Source: Gracilinanus agilis
Lineage: Eukaryota
DNA length: 64,000 nt
Assembly (NCBI RefSeq): GCF_016433145.1
Contig: NC_058130.1
Location: 333,668,577 to 333,732,576 of the forward strand
Direction: 5' to 3'
The translations under genes were made by a program, and so were the position numbers. The notes under the pieces are model-generated. The model saw nothing but the letters and a program-made list of their open reading frames with translations. It searched no databases and was not told the DNA's origin. This document shows, in pieces, positions 12,875 to 26,605 of this stretch; the stretch's first letter is position 1; each line of letters begins with the position of its first letter.

Positions 12875-12876
<2 letters not shown>

Positions 12877-13099
12877 CCTTGCTCTCGAAAAGCTCAAAGT
12901 CGAATGGGGGAAACAACAAAAAAAACTTCTATTTCATTTTATGGACAATAGGAAGCTATTGCGTTCTGGGAATCAGTATCTGTCCTATGATAAGGTCGCA
13001 AATGGAAAGGAAAAAGAAAAGATTCCAGCTCTCTGGCCACCTCTAGGGAAAATCAAGCAGCCATTAGCCCAACTTTGACATTTAACAAAAGTCTCCCTC

Positions 13100-13960
13100 C
13101 CGAGGAGCTGGCGTGGGGATCCAAGAAGCAGTGCTGTCGGTTCACGGGAACCACCGCGTTTCTCATGTTTGATGAGTTTAAAAGAGCGAGTTTCTCCCTA
13201 GAACCTCACTGAGGACCACGCCACGGGAGTTTCCCTTAACTTGGGAAACCGGTGTGGGGTGGTGTGAGGCGGACTCGCCTTCAATCCTTTCCAGCCCAAC
13301 ATCCCAGTTTCCTGGGATCCCTCCTCCCTCTCCTCACGGCCTCGCCTCCCTCGGGACCCCCACTTGCCTCGAGCCCGGCCCCGGCTGAGCACCCCCGCCA
13401 CACCCCCATACCATCCACCCTCGCGGAGAGGGAGAAGGGTGTGCTGAGGCCTTCAATGTCCGCCCTTGCCTGGCTCTCGGCCGCACCTGCACTGACCTGG
13501 GCACGCGCTACTTGGCCCCCGCACGGGGGGTCCTGGGGGGAGGCAATGCCGCCCGAAGCCCGGCTTGGCTGAAGCTGTTGCTCGCTGGCTGCCCACCAAA
13601 GGCCAGAGTCGCTTTGGCTTCGTGTCCCACCGGGAGGTGCCCCGGCGACTCTAAGCGCCCTCTAGCAGTCAGGGGAGCACCGTGCGTTGGGTAAGGCCAG
13701 GAGAGGTGCGGTGAGGTGGCAGGAAGATAAAAGTGGTGTTTGTTGTTCGAGTGTGCTCCCGGCTTCCCTGCCCGCCCTCAGGCTCGGGCTTCCTTCCTTT
13801 CGGGGACACCTCAGGCTTCTCGGAGCCGGGGACAAAGGGAGTGGAGCTGAGACACGCCGAGGTGCGAGGGAGGGGACCCTTTCGTGTCAGAAGGGCTTCT
13901 GAACAGAAAGACTTAAGAATCATCACTAGAAGACACCAAACAAGGTAACTCTTGGCATCA
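13100..13960. promoter_or_regulatory. CpG island promoter; probably CCDC125 (minus strand) by synteny, possibly bidirectional
   Basis: High GC and CpG density. Minus-strand donor CAG|GTCAGT with exon end at 13497; plus-strand donors at 13691 and 13944. Gene identity is inferred from synteny only. Confidence 0.65.
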
Positions 13961-14639
13961 TCAGTACCAAGTGCTAGTTCATAAGGCTCACCATTGCAGC
14001 AATGGGCATCTTTGAGGGGTAAGAGTTTGTAAGCTGCTCTTGCCCTGCCCTAGCAGTAACTCTTGAAGCTTCTGGAATACAATCCCTTTTAACCGGTATT
14101 TATTGCATCCTGTTGGGCACTGTGGTGCAAAGTACAATAGAGGTCAGGTTGCCCATGCCCCAGGAGCTGGCACTATGAAACCTCTGGGTATTGGAATAAA
14201 TATGAAGTACTAAAATAAGGTGTAAAAAGTGTCACAGGAGTTGAGATATTATAGGTGAGTAGTGTGCAAATTTGGGTACAATGGGAAGTAATGTCTAACC
14301 CTAAATCACCTGAAACTTAGTAGTAAATGGAGGTCTTAGGGAGAGGTAGTATACAGATAAAGAGGAGGAAGATGGGCATGTGGCGGGCATGCAATAGGAA
14401 GATTTGGAGTCCAAGGAGCTAGTTTCCAATCCCAGCCATTTACTTGTGTTATCTTGGGGAAGATGACTACAAGCTCTGAGCTTTACAGTGTCTGCACCTG
14501 TAAAATAAAAAAGTTGGGCCAGGTGAAGATTAAGGTCCTTTTGGTTTTCAATTGGGGAACAGAAAGGCCAGTTTGGTTTAGTTTATTATCTTTTCTAAAT
14601 AACTCATCTTCTGAATCTATTCTAAGGAGGTATAGGTTA

Positions 14640-14975
14640 GACAACTAGGGTTAAGCTGCATGCCCAGTGTCACACAACCAGGCAGTGTCTGAGGCCAGAT
14701 TTGAACCTCGTTCTTTCCAACTCCAGGCACCTGTGTGCTGTATCCATTGTGCCACCTAGCTGCCCTGGAAAAAAATTTTTTATCTCTTACCTTCCATTTT
14801 AGAATCAATACTGTGTATTGGTTCCAAGGCAGAAGAGAGTCAAGGACTAGGCAATGGGGATAAAGTGAATTGCCCAGGGTTACACAGCTAGGAAGTGTCT
14901 GAGGTCAGATTTGAACCTAGGAACTCCTATCTCTAGGCCTGGCTCTCAATCCACTGAGCCATCCAGCTGCCCCCT
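14640..14975 (-). mobile_element. Two tandem SINEs, reverse orientation
   Basis: Two tgtctgaggcc/gtcagatttgaacc...ctagctgccc units. Confidence 0.8.
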
Positions 14976-15289
14976 GTAAATTTAATTTTACCCGAGTTAC
15001 TTTGGGAAGGGGTTGGGTAACTATCATGGCTTAATTTCCTGACCCTGGCCCCCATCAGTACTTCCCCCCCAACACTGTAAATTTATAACATTCAGCAGCT
15101 ATTCAATATTTATTATGTACCTACTTTAGGCAAATAACTATTGCTGGGACTGGGGAAGATACAAGATATAGTCTTGGAGTTCATGTTCCAAAAGAGGGAC
15201 CAGACAAAAAAATGATCATACATGATACCAGTATTACACAATAAAATGCATTAGCTGTCAGGTGGGGTTACTGTCAATTTTTTTAAAAA

Positions 15290-15482
15290 TTTAAACCTTT
15301 ACCTTCTGTCTTAGAATCAATACTGTGTCCTGGTTCCAAGGCAGAAGAGTGGCAAGGGTTAAGCAACTAGAGTTGACTTTCTCCGGGTCACAGAGCTAGG
15401 AAGTGCTTCAAGTGACATTTGAAGCCAGGACCTTCTGTCTCCAGGCCTGGCACTCTATCACTAAGCCAACTAGATGCCCCCC
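15290..15482 (-). mobile_element. SINE1-type element
   Basis: aaacctttaccttctgtcttagaatcaatactgtg tail and SINE body. Confidence 0.8.
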
Positions 15483-17354
15483 ACTGTCAATCTTCAAGCA
15501 AAAGTTGGATAAACAACCTAGGCATGTGGTTGAGAGTATCATCCATATACTGATTAGATAGCTGATGAGGATCCAAACAACACTGAGATTCTGAACTTCT
15601 TTTTTGAGGGGAAAAGATGGAAGAGATTAGTATCACAGAGGGGACTGTTAGTTGAGCTGTTAGAGATTGGCAGAAATTCAATGGAGGGAAAAAACTATTT
15701 CCAGCATAGCAAATAACACAAGAAAAGCCAGGGGAGCTTGGAGGGTGTAGAATGTTTAAAGTAGAGTGTGGAAAATGAGGTAAGGCTAGAAAAATACTGA
15801 TAATGGAGAGCTGAATATTGTATAAAGGAATTTTAACAATTGTAGAATGCGAGCTTCAGATGAGCAGGCTGGACCCCAGCTCTTCACACAATTTCTTGGC
15901 ATTTTTGTTTTGGGTCCACATTTATGATTTAATTATTTTAGGGAACTACTGATATGGTAACTCCCTTCACCTGTAACATCTATAACTTGAGTTTGAGAGC
16001 TGCTTAGGGGAACTGAACTTTAGATAACTAGGTCACAGCTATTAAGTGCCAGAAGCAAAATTTAAACACAGGTCATCCACAAGATTGGCCCTTTGTCTGA
16101 CAGTTTTTGCCTAAAACATGCTAGGAATGAAAAAAGCATTTACTAATCACTTCTGCTCTATGCCAGGCATTATACTAAGTTCTAAGGATATACATTTACT
16201 TAAAAAGCAACAGTCCTTGCTTACATTCTCATAAGGGAAGATAAAACATTTAAGGGAGTGGTCACCAGAGGATGTTTAGGCTTAGGAATCAAAGTAATGG
16301 TGAGTAGTCTTAGGGCAACTGAATAACATGTCCTTCCTAGGAATGATGGCACTTATTTGATTATTTCCATAGCTATTGGCAAAAACCAGGGAAAGATGCA
16401 GAAGGGTACGAGGACTTAGCATGAAGATGGCCAGAAAGCAGGGTGCTGAGCAGTTAGATATAAACAACAACCAACATTGAAACTAGAGTACTAGGTTGGA
16501 GTTAGGAAACAGAACATGAAGGTGGCTTGAAAATAATAAGTGCTTAAGAAATGTTTGCTATATTTAATTTAATCAGAAAACCCCTTTCTTTGGAATATTG
16601 ATGCAACTAGATTTATGTATGAGATCATTCTGGCAACTGCATTCAGGATGGATTGGAGAAAGCGACTATTACAGTAATAAGAATCCAGTGGTGGCAATGG
16701 GAACAAAGAAAGGTATGCACATAGAAAGCAATGTGAAGGTATGTCTGGGTAACTGACAGGATGTGAGAGAGAAGGGAGAGGGATGAGACAAAATTCAGCT
16801 AAACATTAGTCACTATAAATACAAAAGCCTCAGCATAAGCCAAAGTCTTCTGGTTTTCAGGGCTCTGGGAGTTGGCCTTACAATTGTATTTATTAAAAAT
16901 CACATTCAGGCACCACTAGTGTTGTTCTCAATTCTAAAAGTATTGTTGCCTTTACATGTAAAGAGATTTTGTTAGTTTCCCAGGAGCATCAGAAGGTAAC
17001 ATGTTTCCAATGCTTCAGGTTAGGGTGAAAAGCTTTTGAGTGTTTAAGTAATTACATCAAGCTCTGGAAAATCCCAAAAGGTTATTCTGCTTTCAAATAT
17101 AGTATTTAGGCATTACAGAATGAAATGTTTCAGAGAATAGCAAGAGGGAAACCTAACACATTAAAAAAAAAACCAAACAGCTATTGTAAGGAATTGTAGA
17201 TGGTGTGAAAGGTGATTTGATACATCCTTTTCTTTTGAAATAAATTTTGAAGGAGAAAAAGAACTGGATTTGGAGATAAGTGAATTTAAATCCAGTCTCT
17301 GAACTTACTAACTATATACCTTAAGTCCCTAAAAAGACTATTTTCTGCAGAACT

Positions 17355-17703
17355 CACACAAGATAAGTCCTCACAAAGAGGCCAGAAGATGTGATACAAG
17401 GATACTCTCAAGGTCTCTGAAGAACTGTGGGATCAGTTGTGGGACATGAGAAAGAAACACTGGTACAGGACCATTTAGAATGGTGTGTATTCCTCAAGGA
17501 AGGCACTGTGCTCCAAGCAAAGCAGAACTGCTGTAGCTCAGATGAAACGAGATATACAAATTTAGAGACATCTCCATCCCAAATGTTCATATGGGCTATT
17601 TGTGCCCAAACTGGTCTGATCAGCCATAGTTGGGGCACACTGTACATTGACCCTGACAAAGTGATGTAATTTTGGTCCTCTCTGAGTAAGGACAACAACC
17701 AAC
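17355..17703 (+). mobile_element. RTE-clade LINE 3' end (marsupial RTE)
   Basis: Degenerate ETLxQD...W...EGxVL and GLISHS C-terminal motifs; (caa)n-like tail gacaacaaccaac. Confidence 0.8.
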
Positions 17704-18441
17704 AGAGCAAATAGCCTCACCCCTCTAGGTACCAGTTCCCAAATCTCTGTCATGAGGAGTTGGATTAGATGACTTTTAAGGCCCCATCCAATGTTGTCCT
17801 CCTGTGCAAGGCCCTGTGTTATGCACATAAAAAACAGCCTCTGCCCTCAAGAAGCTTCCATTCTATTAAAAGTAGAGTTTTAAACATAAGATCATAAGTG
17901 AACAGGTAAATCACAAAATAGTTCAGTTATGAGGGACAGGTTGGCAGGCAAGGAATTCTTTGAAACCTTGAGTTTGAAGTGTTGGTGGGAGATCCAAATG
18001 AAGATACCTTATAGGCAGTTGGAGATGTATACCTGGAATTGCAAATACAAACTTGGTGGTCATATGCTAAGCGCTGAAAACACAGTAGGCAAATGAAATT
18101 GCCAAGGGAGAGAATAAAAGGCATACTCACCTGAAGTACTTGGGAAAAATAGGGTAAAAAGAACAAGAAGTAGTAATTTTACAAATTAACAATATGGCAA
18201 AATAGCCATATTGAATTAAAGCCTTATGAAGATAGAGCTCCAATAAATAGGGATAACCAACAATAAGCTGGTGAATTTTGAGAGGGCAATTTCAAGATAA
18301 AATCCCAGGAGAAGAAAAGAATGGGTAGTGATGAAACAGAGGCATCTGTTGTTATAATTCCCAAGAAATTTGTCAGTGATCGCAAGAAGAAAATGGCTAC
18401 ATAGGGTAGAAAGGTCAAGTGAAAGTGTATTTTGTGAGAAC

Positions 18442-18636
18442 TGGGGCAGCTAGGTGGCTCAGTAGATTGAGAACCAGGACTAGAGATGGGAGATTCTGGG
18501 TTCAAATCTCGCCTCAGACACTTCCTAGCTGTGTGATCCTGAGCAAGTCACTTAATCCCTATTATCAATCTCTTACTGTTGGTTCTGCCCTGGAATTAAT
18601 ACACATTATTGATTTTAAGATAGGAGGTAAAGGTTA
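18442..18636 (+). mobile_element. SINE1-type element
   Basis: ggggcagctaggtggctcagtagattgag...aggtaaaggttaaaaaa. Confidence 0.85.
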
Positions 18637-20883
18637 AAAAAAAAAGACTGGGAAGACCTGAGCATGTTTGGTATAATAAATATTGGTGACTTCTGAGGGT
18701 GTATATATGAGAGGCAGGGAAGAGGCAGAAGAGAGACTGCGACAGATTTAAGAAACATGAAGGTAAAACTGACTGACTAGGTATATGTGAGGCAGAGGGA
18801 AGACTTGAAGATAATACCCAAGATTCTGAAACAACCAATAAGAATTTATTAAGCACATACTATATGCCAGGCACTGCACTAGGTGCTGAGAATACAAAGA
18901 CAAAAATGAAATAGTCCCTACCCTCAAGGAGCTTACATTCTTTCAAAGAAGAGAACATAACACATACACACAAATAAATAGGTTATCTGAAGGGGATAGG
19001 GAGGAGGCAAAAGGAGCTTGGAAGAAGAGAAATGAATTCACATACAATGTGGTACTTGAGCTGAGCTTTGAAGGAAACTAGGGATTAAGAGCCAAAGCTA
19101 AGGATACATTCCACACATGAGGACAGGCAATGGAAAGGCACCTCTTGTGGAAGGGTCAAGTAAGAAGACTAGAATGTATGAAGGGACATAATGAATAATA
19201 AAGCCAGAAAATTAAGTCAGAGCCAGGTAATAGGGGTTTTAAATGGCAAAAAAGAATTTATATTTGATCCTAAAGGCAGTAACAAGCCTCTAGTGTTTTA
19301 TGAACAAGGGTGCAACATCATTAGACCTTTGCTTTAGGATAATCTTGTTGGTAGATGTATGGAGGATAGTCAGGAAAAACTGAGAAGGGAAATTAATTGG
19401 GAGGTTTTTCACAATGGCCCTGGCTTACCTAAGGTGGTAACTAAGTAAGGGTAGTGAAGGGGAAATCCAAGAGATGTCATAGATAGAACTGATGATACTT
19501 TACAATTAAACATAGGAAAGAGGGTGAACAGTGGCATGACAGACAAAAATAAAAATAAAGTCAGAAATTGGAGCAAGTTTGGGAGAAATAACTGACCACA
19601 AATCTATGTTAAGTTTATAATCACTTTCCTCACAATAACTCAGTGCAGCTAACAGTAACTAGATTTTATAAGAGGAAACCGAAGCTAATAGGTTGCAACT
19701 TCCCCAAGGTTATAGAGCTGGTAAATATCAAACAAGACCTGAACTCAGGTTTATCCTACTTAGAGATCTAGTGCTCTGTGGGCAGGCTGAATTTAAGAAG
19801 CTTATAGTATATCCAAGTGGAGATGTCAAAAAGGCAATGCACATCCTCACCAACAATGAATTTGACCCCCTTTCAACAAAAACACATCCTCTGATTACCT
19901 TTTGGCTGAAGTGATGGGCAACAAGACCTACAACTGGTGACCTCTGAAAGGGCTGTTTCTCCGAGTGGCAAGTGCAGAGTAGGATAGGTAAAGGAACAAG
20001 TTTAAGGCCTACTTTGGTCCAAAAAATACAATAGTAAGGCACAGAAATATATTTTTAAAAGGGGAAGGAAAAACACTAGCTATCAATGTTAAACACATCT
20101 TCATAAATACACAATCTTTATATGTTAAAATTTCATCTAATTACCACCACCTATAAGGTAGCAAAGCATTATCACATGAATTTTCATGGAATTTAGCAAG
20201 ACTGAAATTAGTCAACCAATAAATTAATATTTACAGTTTCCATGGGTGCACAGAAGACTTTTGCTATTTCCCATCTACATATGGAAAATGTGACTGGCTT
20301 ACTCTTCCATAGAGACAAATATCAGTGCTAGGAACAGCAGTGATTTTATAGGCAAAAGAGCTCAGTAAACTTATACTTAAAAAAAAAAAATCAAATGCTA
20401 CTTTCTCAAAGATCTCACCATTTACTTTGTGACTATCCTAATTTTACCCAACTTCCAAGATTAAAAAACAAAAAAACAAAAACCCCCCAGCAATTCACCA
20501 ACAGAACACTTAATGTGATTTAAAAACAAACAAACAAACCCAAAACACCTTACTTTCTGTCTCAGTAGGCAATTGGGGTTAAGTGACTTGCCCAGAGTCA
20601 CACAGCAAGGAAGTATCTGAAGCTAGATTTGAACTCCAGGCCTGGCACTCCATCCACAGTGCCACCTAGCTGCCCCTTAATATGTGATGTTTATAGCTTT
20701 ATTCTTAGACTTTTTTTTTACTTATAAGTCAGCAGCAGTTCCTCTTCACCTTCATTTTCTTTTGTGTGTTAAGTAAAGACTTTCACCTATTTTCTCAAAT
20801 TTACTTACTCTTTAACAGTTTACCAAATTAAATGAGAATGCTGGGTATTTCCTAAACTTAAAAAGTCCTTAATACCATATTCA

Positions 20884-20889
20884 TTTATT
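20884..20889 (-). terminator. AK6: Candidate AK6 polyadenylation signal AATAAA
   Basis: tttatt on the plus strand, about 220 nt past the AK6 stop; a second copy at 20698-20703. Confidence 0.5.
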
Positions 20890-21105
20890 TCAGGGTTTTC
20901 AGTTTTCTCATGGAGAAAAAAAAATTAATTCAGCCATAACTCAACCTTATATTTTGCCCACCTGTTACTTCTACAACACAATCTTGGATAGTAAAATCTG
21001 GTGTATGTTGTCTTAATTTCTATTGCATGGGGAGGGAGAGATCATCAAGAAAATCTTTAACCATTATGTGGAAAGCCTTGAGAATCCATGCTTTCCCCTC
21101 AAGGT

Positions 21106-21315
<210 letters not shown>

Positions 21316-22305
21316 TTAGACACACATATGTAAAATCTGAATGGAACAAATTTAGTTTAGGAATCTCCCCTCCCCTTAAAAACCAGATACATGTAGATAA
21401 TGATCTGAAAAGTTGATGCAAAAATATTTTGAGACATTTATTTTAAAATCAGAAGAAACAGTTTAAAAAGAATCAGAATCTGAGAAACAATTAAGAGTGT
21501 CAAACTCAAAATTGAAAAATCAATCCACAAGTTCAAATATGACTTTGTGGTGAATGCTACACATTACTCAGTTTCCCCATTTACACTCAGCACCTGTTAT
21601 GTATATGTTTACAATGGAGCTATTCATACACAAATATACAATATAACTTTTGTTCTGAGATTATAATCTAGTTGGGGGAGAAGACATAACTACCAAAGGG
21701 TAGAATATATGTGTCTCCTTTTACATGGAGACAATAATAAAAATTTTTTTATTCTAAAGAATACTAGGAGCATGAATTAACTAAAAAGTTAAATTTCTAA
21801 TGCAAATTTAAACAATTTAGGAGTACCACATCATACCTATCAGATTATGACGATTAAAGCATACTATTTTTCTCTTTAGTTAATTTAGATTTTCATTTTG
21901 AGGTTTTGCTTTTATATGAACATTCTCTTACAACAAGGAACAATATGGAAATAGGTCTTGCAGGATAATACATGTTTAATCCAGATCAAATTGCTTTAAT
22001 TTCTGAAAAAGGGGAGGGAAAAGAAGGAGATAATTTGGATCCTATAACTTCAGAAAAATGATTTGGAAAATTATTATGTGTAACTGGCAAAATAAAATCT
22101 TTTAAAAAATAAAATAAATCAAAAGTTAAGTCTCTAAAGACTACTAAAAAACTGGTTAACTTTTTTAGTCAAATATTTTTCAAGACCTGCATTTCAAGCA
22201 TTTTTCCCTGATGCAACTACTCTTTGATCTTTTACCCAGAATAATTCTTATTAGTTTCTCAAACAATTTGACCAGTTAGTCTACCCATTAAGAAAATATT
22301 TTCTA

Positions 22306-22510
22306 GGGGGCAGCTGGATAGCTCAGTGAATTGAGAGCCAGGCGTAGAAATGGGAGGTCCCAGGTTAAAATCTGGCCTGAGACATTTCCTAGCTGTGTGA
22401 CCCTGGGCAATCACTTAACCCCCACTGCCCAGCACTTACCACTCTTCTGCCTTGGAAACAATACATAATACGGATTCCAAGGTGGAAGTTAAGGGTTTAA
22501 AAAAAAAAGA
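22306..22510 (+). mobile_element. SINE1-type element (AK6 intron 4)
   Basis: Full SINE body and gggtttaaaaaa tail. Confidence 0.85.
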
Positions 22511-22657
22511 AAATATTGCCTAGATTTTAACTAATCCTTTCAGTCTAGAATCAGAATATTGGTACTGGATGAGGACTACAATGGTAAGGCAATCACATGT
22601 GGAAGAAAGAAAAAAGTCAAGAAAGCCAGGTCCAAATTGATCTGAATTCATGGGTTG

Positions 22658-22869
22658 AGGGGCAGCTGGGTAGCTCAGTGGAGTGAGAGTCAGGCCTAGA
22701 GACAGGAGGTCCTAGGTTCAAAACCCGGCCTCAGCCACTTCCCAGCTGTGTGACCCTGGGCAAGTCACTTGACCCCCATTGCCCACCCTTACCAATCTTC
22801 CACCTATGAGACAATACACCGAAGTACAAGGGTTTAAAAACAAAAAAACAAAAAAAAAAAAAAAACCAA
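22658..22869 (+). mobile_element. Very young SINE1_Mdo-type copy
   Basis: Perfect 16-bp TSD ctgaattcatgggttg at 22642-22657 and 22870-22885; long A tail. Confidence 0.92.
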
Positions 22870-23139
22870 CTGAATTCATGGGTTGGCTCCACTATTTTCT
22901 GATTGTCCTTGGGCAAATCACTTAACATTTCTAGGCTTCAGTATCTTTCATTGTAAAGTAAGAATAGGATGGTCCCTACCTACCTCAAAGAGTCATCATA
23001 AGAAAAAATATTTAGAACCAGGAATTATGTAAATTTGAGCTTTGATAATTATTATAAAATATTTAAGATGGTACTTTTCTTAGGTTAACTGTTCTGCTGT
23101 TCTTGGTTAGTATCATGGATAAAAATTTAAAATACTATT

Positions 23140-23580
23140 TAAAGTACATCCCTTTTGACACAGTGGTATCATTACTCTATACCCTAAGGAGATCAAAGAG
23201 AGAGGAAAACCAAAAATATTTATAGCAGCTCTTTTTTAGAATAACAAAGAACTAGAAACTGAGATGGCAACAATACTGCATATTTAAAGACAAACAACTT
23301 GGAAGTCTCAGGAACGCTTATCAACACAATGGACCAAAAAAAACTTACAGAGGACTCCTAATGAAATATGCTTGACAAAGGCGATTAAAAAGACACCATG
23401 CAGGCTAAGACAAAACTTTTTTTGACATGACCAATGCAAGTGTTTGTTTTGCTTAATTCTACCTGTTTGTCACACGGGTTTTGCTCTTTTCTTACTTTCC
23501 CAATAGGGTAGGGGGCTAATGGTAGGGAGAGGGGGGAGATGGGAAGGAGATATAGTATATCTTACTGGTAATAAAATTAA
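23140..23580 (+). mobile_element. Old L1 3' fragment
   Basis: ggtatcattact...ccctaaggagatcaaagag...aaaatatttatagcagctcttt. Confidence 0.7.
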
Positions 23581-23621
23581 AAAAAAATTGCTGTATGAGA
23601 AACAAATTCATTCCTCTCTTA

Positions 23622-23786
<165 letters not shown>

Positions 23787-24195
23787 TTAGATAAAAAGTC
23801 ATTTTTTCCATTAAAGTATAAGAAACATTGTATTTTTAATTATGTGAAAATGTTTAAACTATAAGGGGCATAAAATTAAAGATCATAATTATATTAATAT
23901 AATCTCTATACAGTTACACATTAAATAATAGTAAGAAGGAATAATCCTGTGGAGAATAGTACAGTGTATACAGAACGTGCTTTAGAGAGTCAAGAAGACC
24001 TGGGTCCAAATTCTGCCTCTAATACATAATAGCTTTTTGACTCTGGCTAAGTGATACCACTCCTTTGTGCCCCCCAAACAATTCTTCTAAGAATATAAAT
24101 TTCAGAAGAGCTGTAGCTCAACATTGGTATTGGAAACTCCCTTCTTGGGAGTCTCCCCATAATGATGAAATTACAACTCTGAACCAAAAAAACTA

Positions 24196-24354
<159 letters not shown>

Positions 24355-24629
24355 TCACAATTAATTATTAGATTGCTTTTAGATGTATAAATAGCCTATA
24401 GTAGATAAGGTGCTAGACTTGGAATGAAGTAGATTGACTCAAATATTGCTTCTAATACTAGCTGTCAGACCAGTCATTCAACCTTTGTGCCCTCTGGAAT
24501 TTCCCTAAAACTTATCAGATAAACCAGTGTTTCAGTGGTATTTCATGTACAAATGGAAACTATCTATACCAACTAAATGACATATGGACAGCCCATATTA
24601 CATCAGAAAATGTAAATTAGCATGATGAG

Positions 24630-24905
24630 ATATGGAAATCATGTCTAAGGCTTGAAAGAAGTGCCTCTGGCTAACCTGATTAGAAGTCGAAAGGAGAAAT
24701 AACAGCTATTTAAATATCTGAAAGTCTACCATGTTGAAAGGGTAGATGACATAAATAAAAGTCAAAACTAGGATTAATGGATCAAGTCAAAATGAAGCAG
24801 ATTTCTACTCAATATAGGAAAAGACATTTACATTTATACAATGACTCAAACAGGCTGCCCTAGGAGAAAGTGACAAACCCATCCCTAGGGGTATTTGAGC
24901 AGAAA
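24630..24905 (+). mobile_element. CR1/L3 3' fossil
   Basis: tatttaaatatctgaaag...aggcagatttc-like and aacaggctgccc motifs. Confidence 0.55.
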
Positions 24906-25211
24906 ATAAATCTAACAGCAGAGACCATGTAACAGGGACAGGGATCTTCCCAAGTACAAACCAGTGTGTGTCTGCTTTCCCTTTTTACATTATTTTTTCT
25001 TGTTTTTTAAAATAAAAGCTTCAAGAAATATTTTCTGAAGCTTATTTATCATTAGTTGTGACATGATTCAGGATTTCTAGCCCTACTGGTGATTAATTTT
25101 GAGTCTATATCCCTATCCAAGTATCTTGTACATAATATAGTACTATTCAATGTTGTCATTTAGTATTTTATAATTAAACTGAACATTTCTATTCTTTGAT
25201 CTTATTCATTT

Positions 25212-25421
25212 TTTTTTTAGGGTTTTTTTTTTTAGTATTTTTTTAAACCCTTGTACTTCTGTGTACTGGCTCCTAGGTGGAAGAGTGGTAAGGGTGGGCA
25301 ATGGGGGTCAAGTGACTTGCCCAGGGTCACACAGCTGGGAAGTGGCTGAGGCCAGATTTGAACCCAGGACCTCCCGTTTCTAGGCCTTGACTCTCAATCC
25401 ACTGAGCTACCAGCTGCCCCC
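25212..25421 (-). mobile_element. Young SINE1_Mdo-type copy
   Basis: TSD gatcttattc; T-rich tail. Confidence 0.9.
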
Positions 25422-25535
25422 GATCTTATTCCTTTTTACAAACTGAGATTAGCGAAGGGCAGTTTTTATTTTTAAAAACCACTACAATATTTCAAAAGAA
25501 TAGCTATTTCATCTACATGGGTATTGCCTCTATAC

Positions 25536-25991
25536 TAGTGATGGCAAACCTATGGCATACAGAGGGCTCTTTGTGGGCACTCAGCCACCCTACCTCCAGA
25601 GTTTATTATTAGAAAGGCAGAGGGACCCAGGCAGAACTGCTCCCTTCCCCCTCTCCACCATGCCTGACATTTTTTCACATCACTCACCCCTCTGCCAAGT
25701 AGCCCAATGGGAACTCAAAAGGGGTAAGGAGGGCAGCTTACAGGCAACAGAACTGGAGGGGAGCAGAGTGCTCAGGCCACTCTCCTTCCCCTCTCTACAC
25801 TAGCTGAGGACATTCCTCACTTCACCCACCCCTTCACCCAATAGGAGCCCTTTCTCCCTCCCCTGTGTGGGGTAAGGGAGAAGTGGGGCATACCCAGCAT
25901 GTGGTGGTGAGGGAAGGGCACAGCACCCAATCTAGGGGTAGGGTGTGAGCAGGTCCTGGCACTTTTGTCTTTAAAACATTCATCATCACTG
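25536..25991 (+). mobile_element. hAT MITE in AK6 intron 2
   Basis: TIRs tagtgatggcaaacct and ...catcatcactg; perfect 8-bp TSD ctctatac. Confidence 0.88.
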
Positions 25992-26605
25992 CTCTATACC
26001 AAGGCAAATAACCACTATTTCCTATTTCAATAGAAAATCTCCATGAGTTGCTGTAGAAAAAGAAAGAAATGAATAAGCAGATCACCAACTTGTGGCTAAC
26101 CTCACTTAAAATGACCTATTGCTAGTCTTCAATTAATCAAGATGAGTCACCCCAAATCTATACTCGACAGGTGAAGTTCAGTGCTCCAGGCACTTATTTA
26201 ACCTACCTATTTAGGATGCTCTGCTATAAGTATAAATTCAATTATGTTCAAAACAACTTATTTCCCAAATTAGCTTCCCTCTGCAATTACCTGATTTCTG
26301 CTACTCAATCCTTGAATTATTTCTAGATTTCCTACCTTACTTTCATTCGTTATATCAAATCTATCACCAAACACTATCATTTTCTCTGAAACTTCTCTCA
26401 GATTCTTTCCTCACTAATTCTATTGTTCCCATTCTAGGCCAAGCCTGCAACATCTTATACCTGAATTAGTATTAGAAGCCATAGCTTCCTAGTCTCTATA
26501 TCCACTGACCATCTCTCAGATAACTACACTATAAACTAAAAACAGACTAATTTTCTTAAAATGAAACTTTAATCATACTTCCACAATTCAAAAAACTACA
26601 TTCTT

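Noticed and set aside
12794-13078. Poly-lysine ORFs
   Set aside because: Translation of the 42-nt poly(A).
13198-13948. Many overlapping 60-106 aa ORFs in the 13-kb CpG island
   Set aside because: GC-rich sequence lacks stop codons. The products are low-complexity Arg/Pro/Gly/Ala, several use non-ATG starts, and I recognise no homology.
14290-14315. Minus-strand GGTGATTTAGGGT resembling CCDC125 GDLG codons
   Set aside because: The flanking translation does not match CCDC125 and the site is on the wrong side of the island; a chance match.
17427-17669. 80-aa protein-like ORF
   Set aside because: Frameshifted C-terminus of an RTE LINE ORF, not a host gene.
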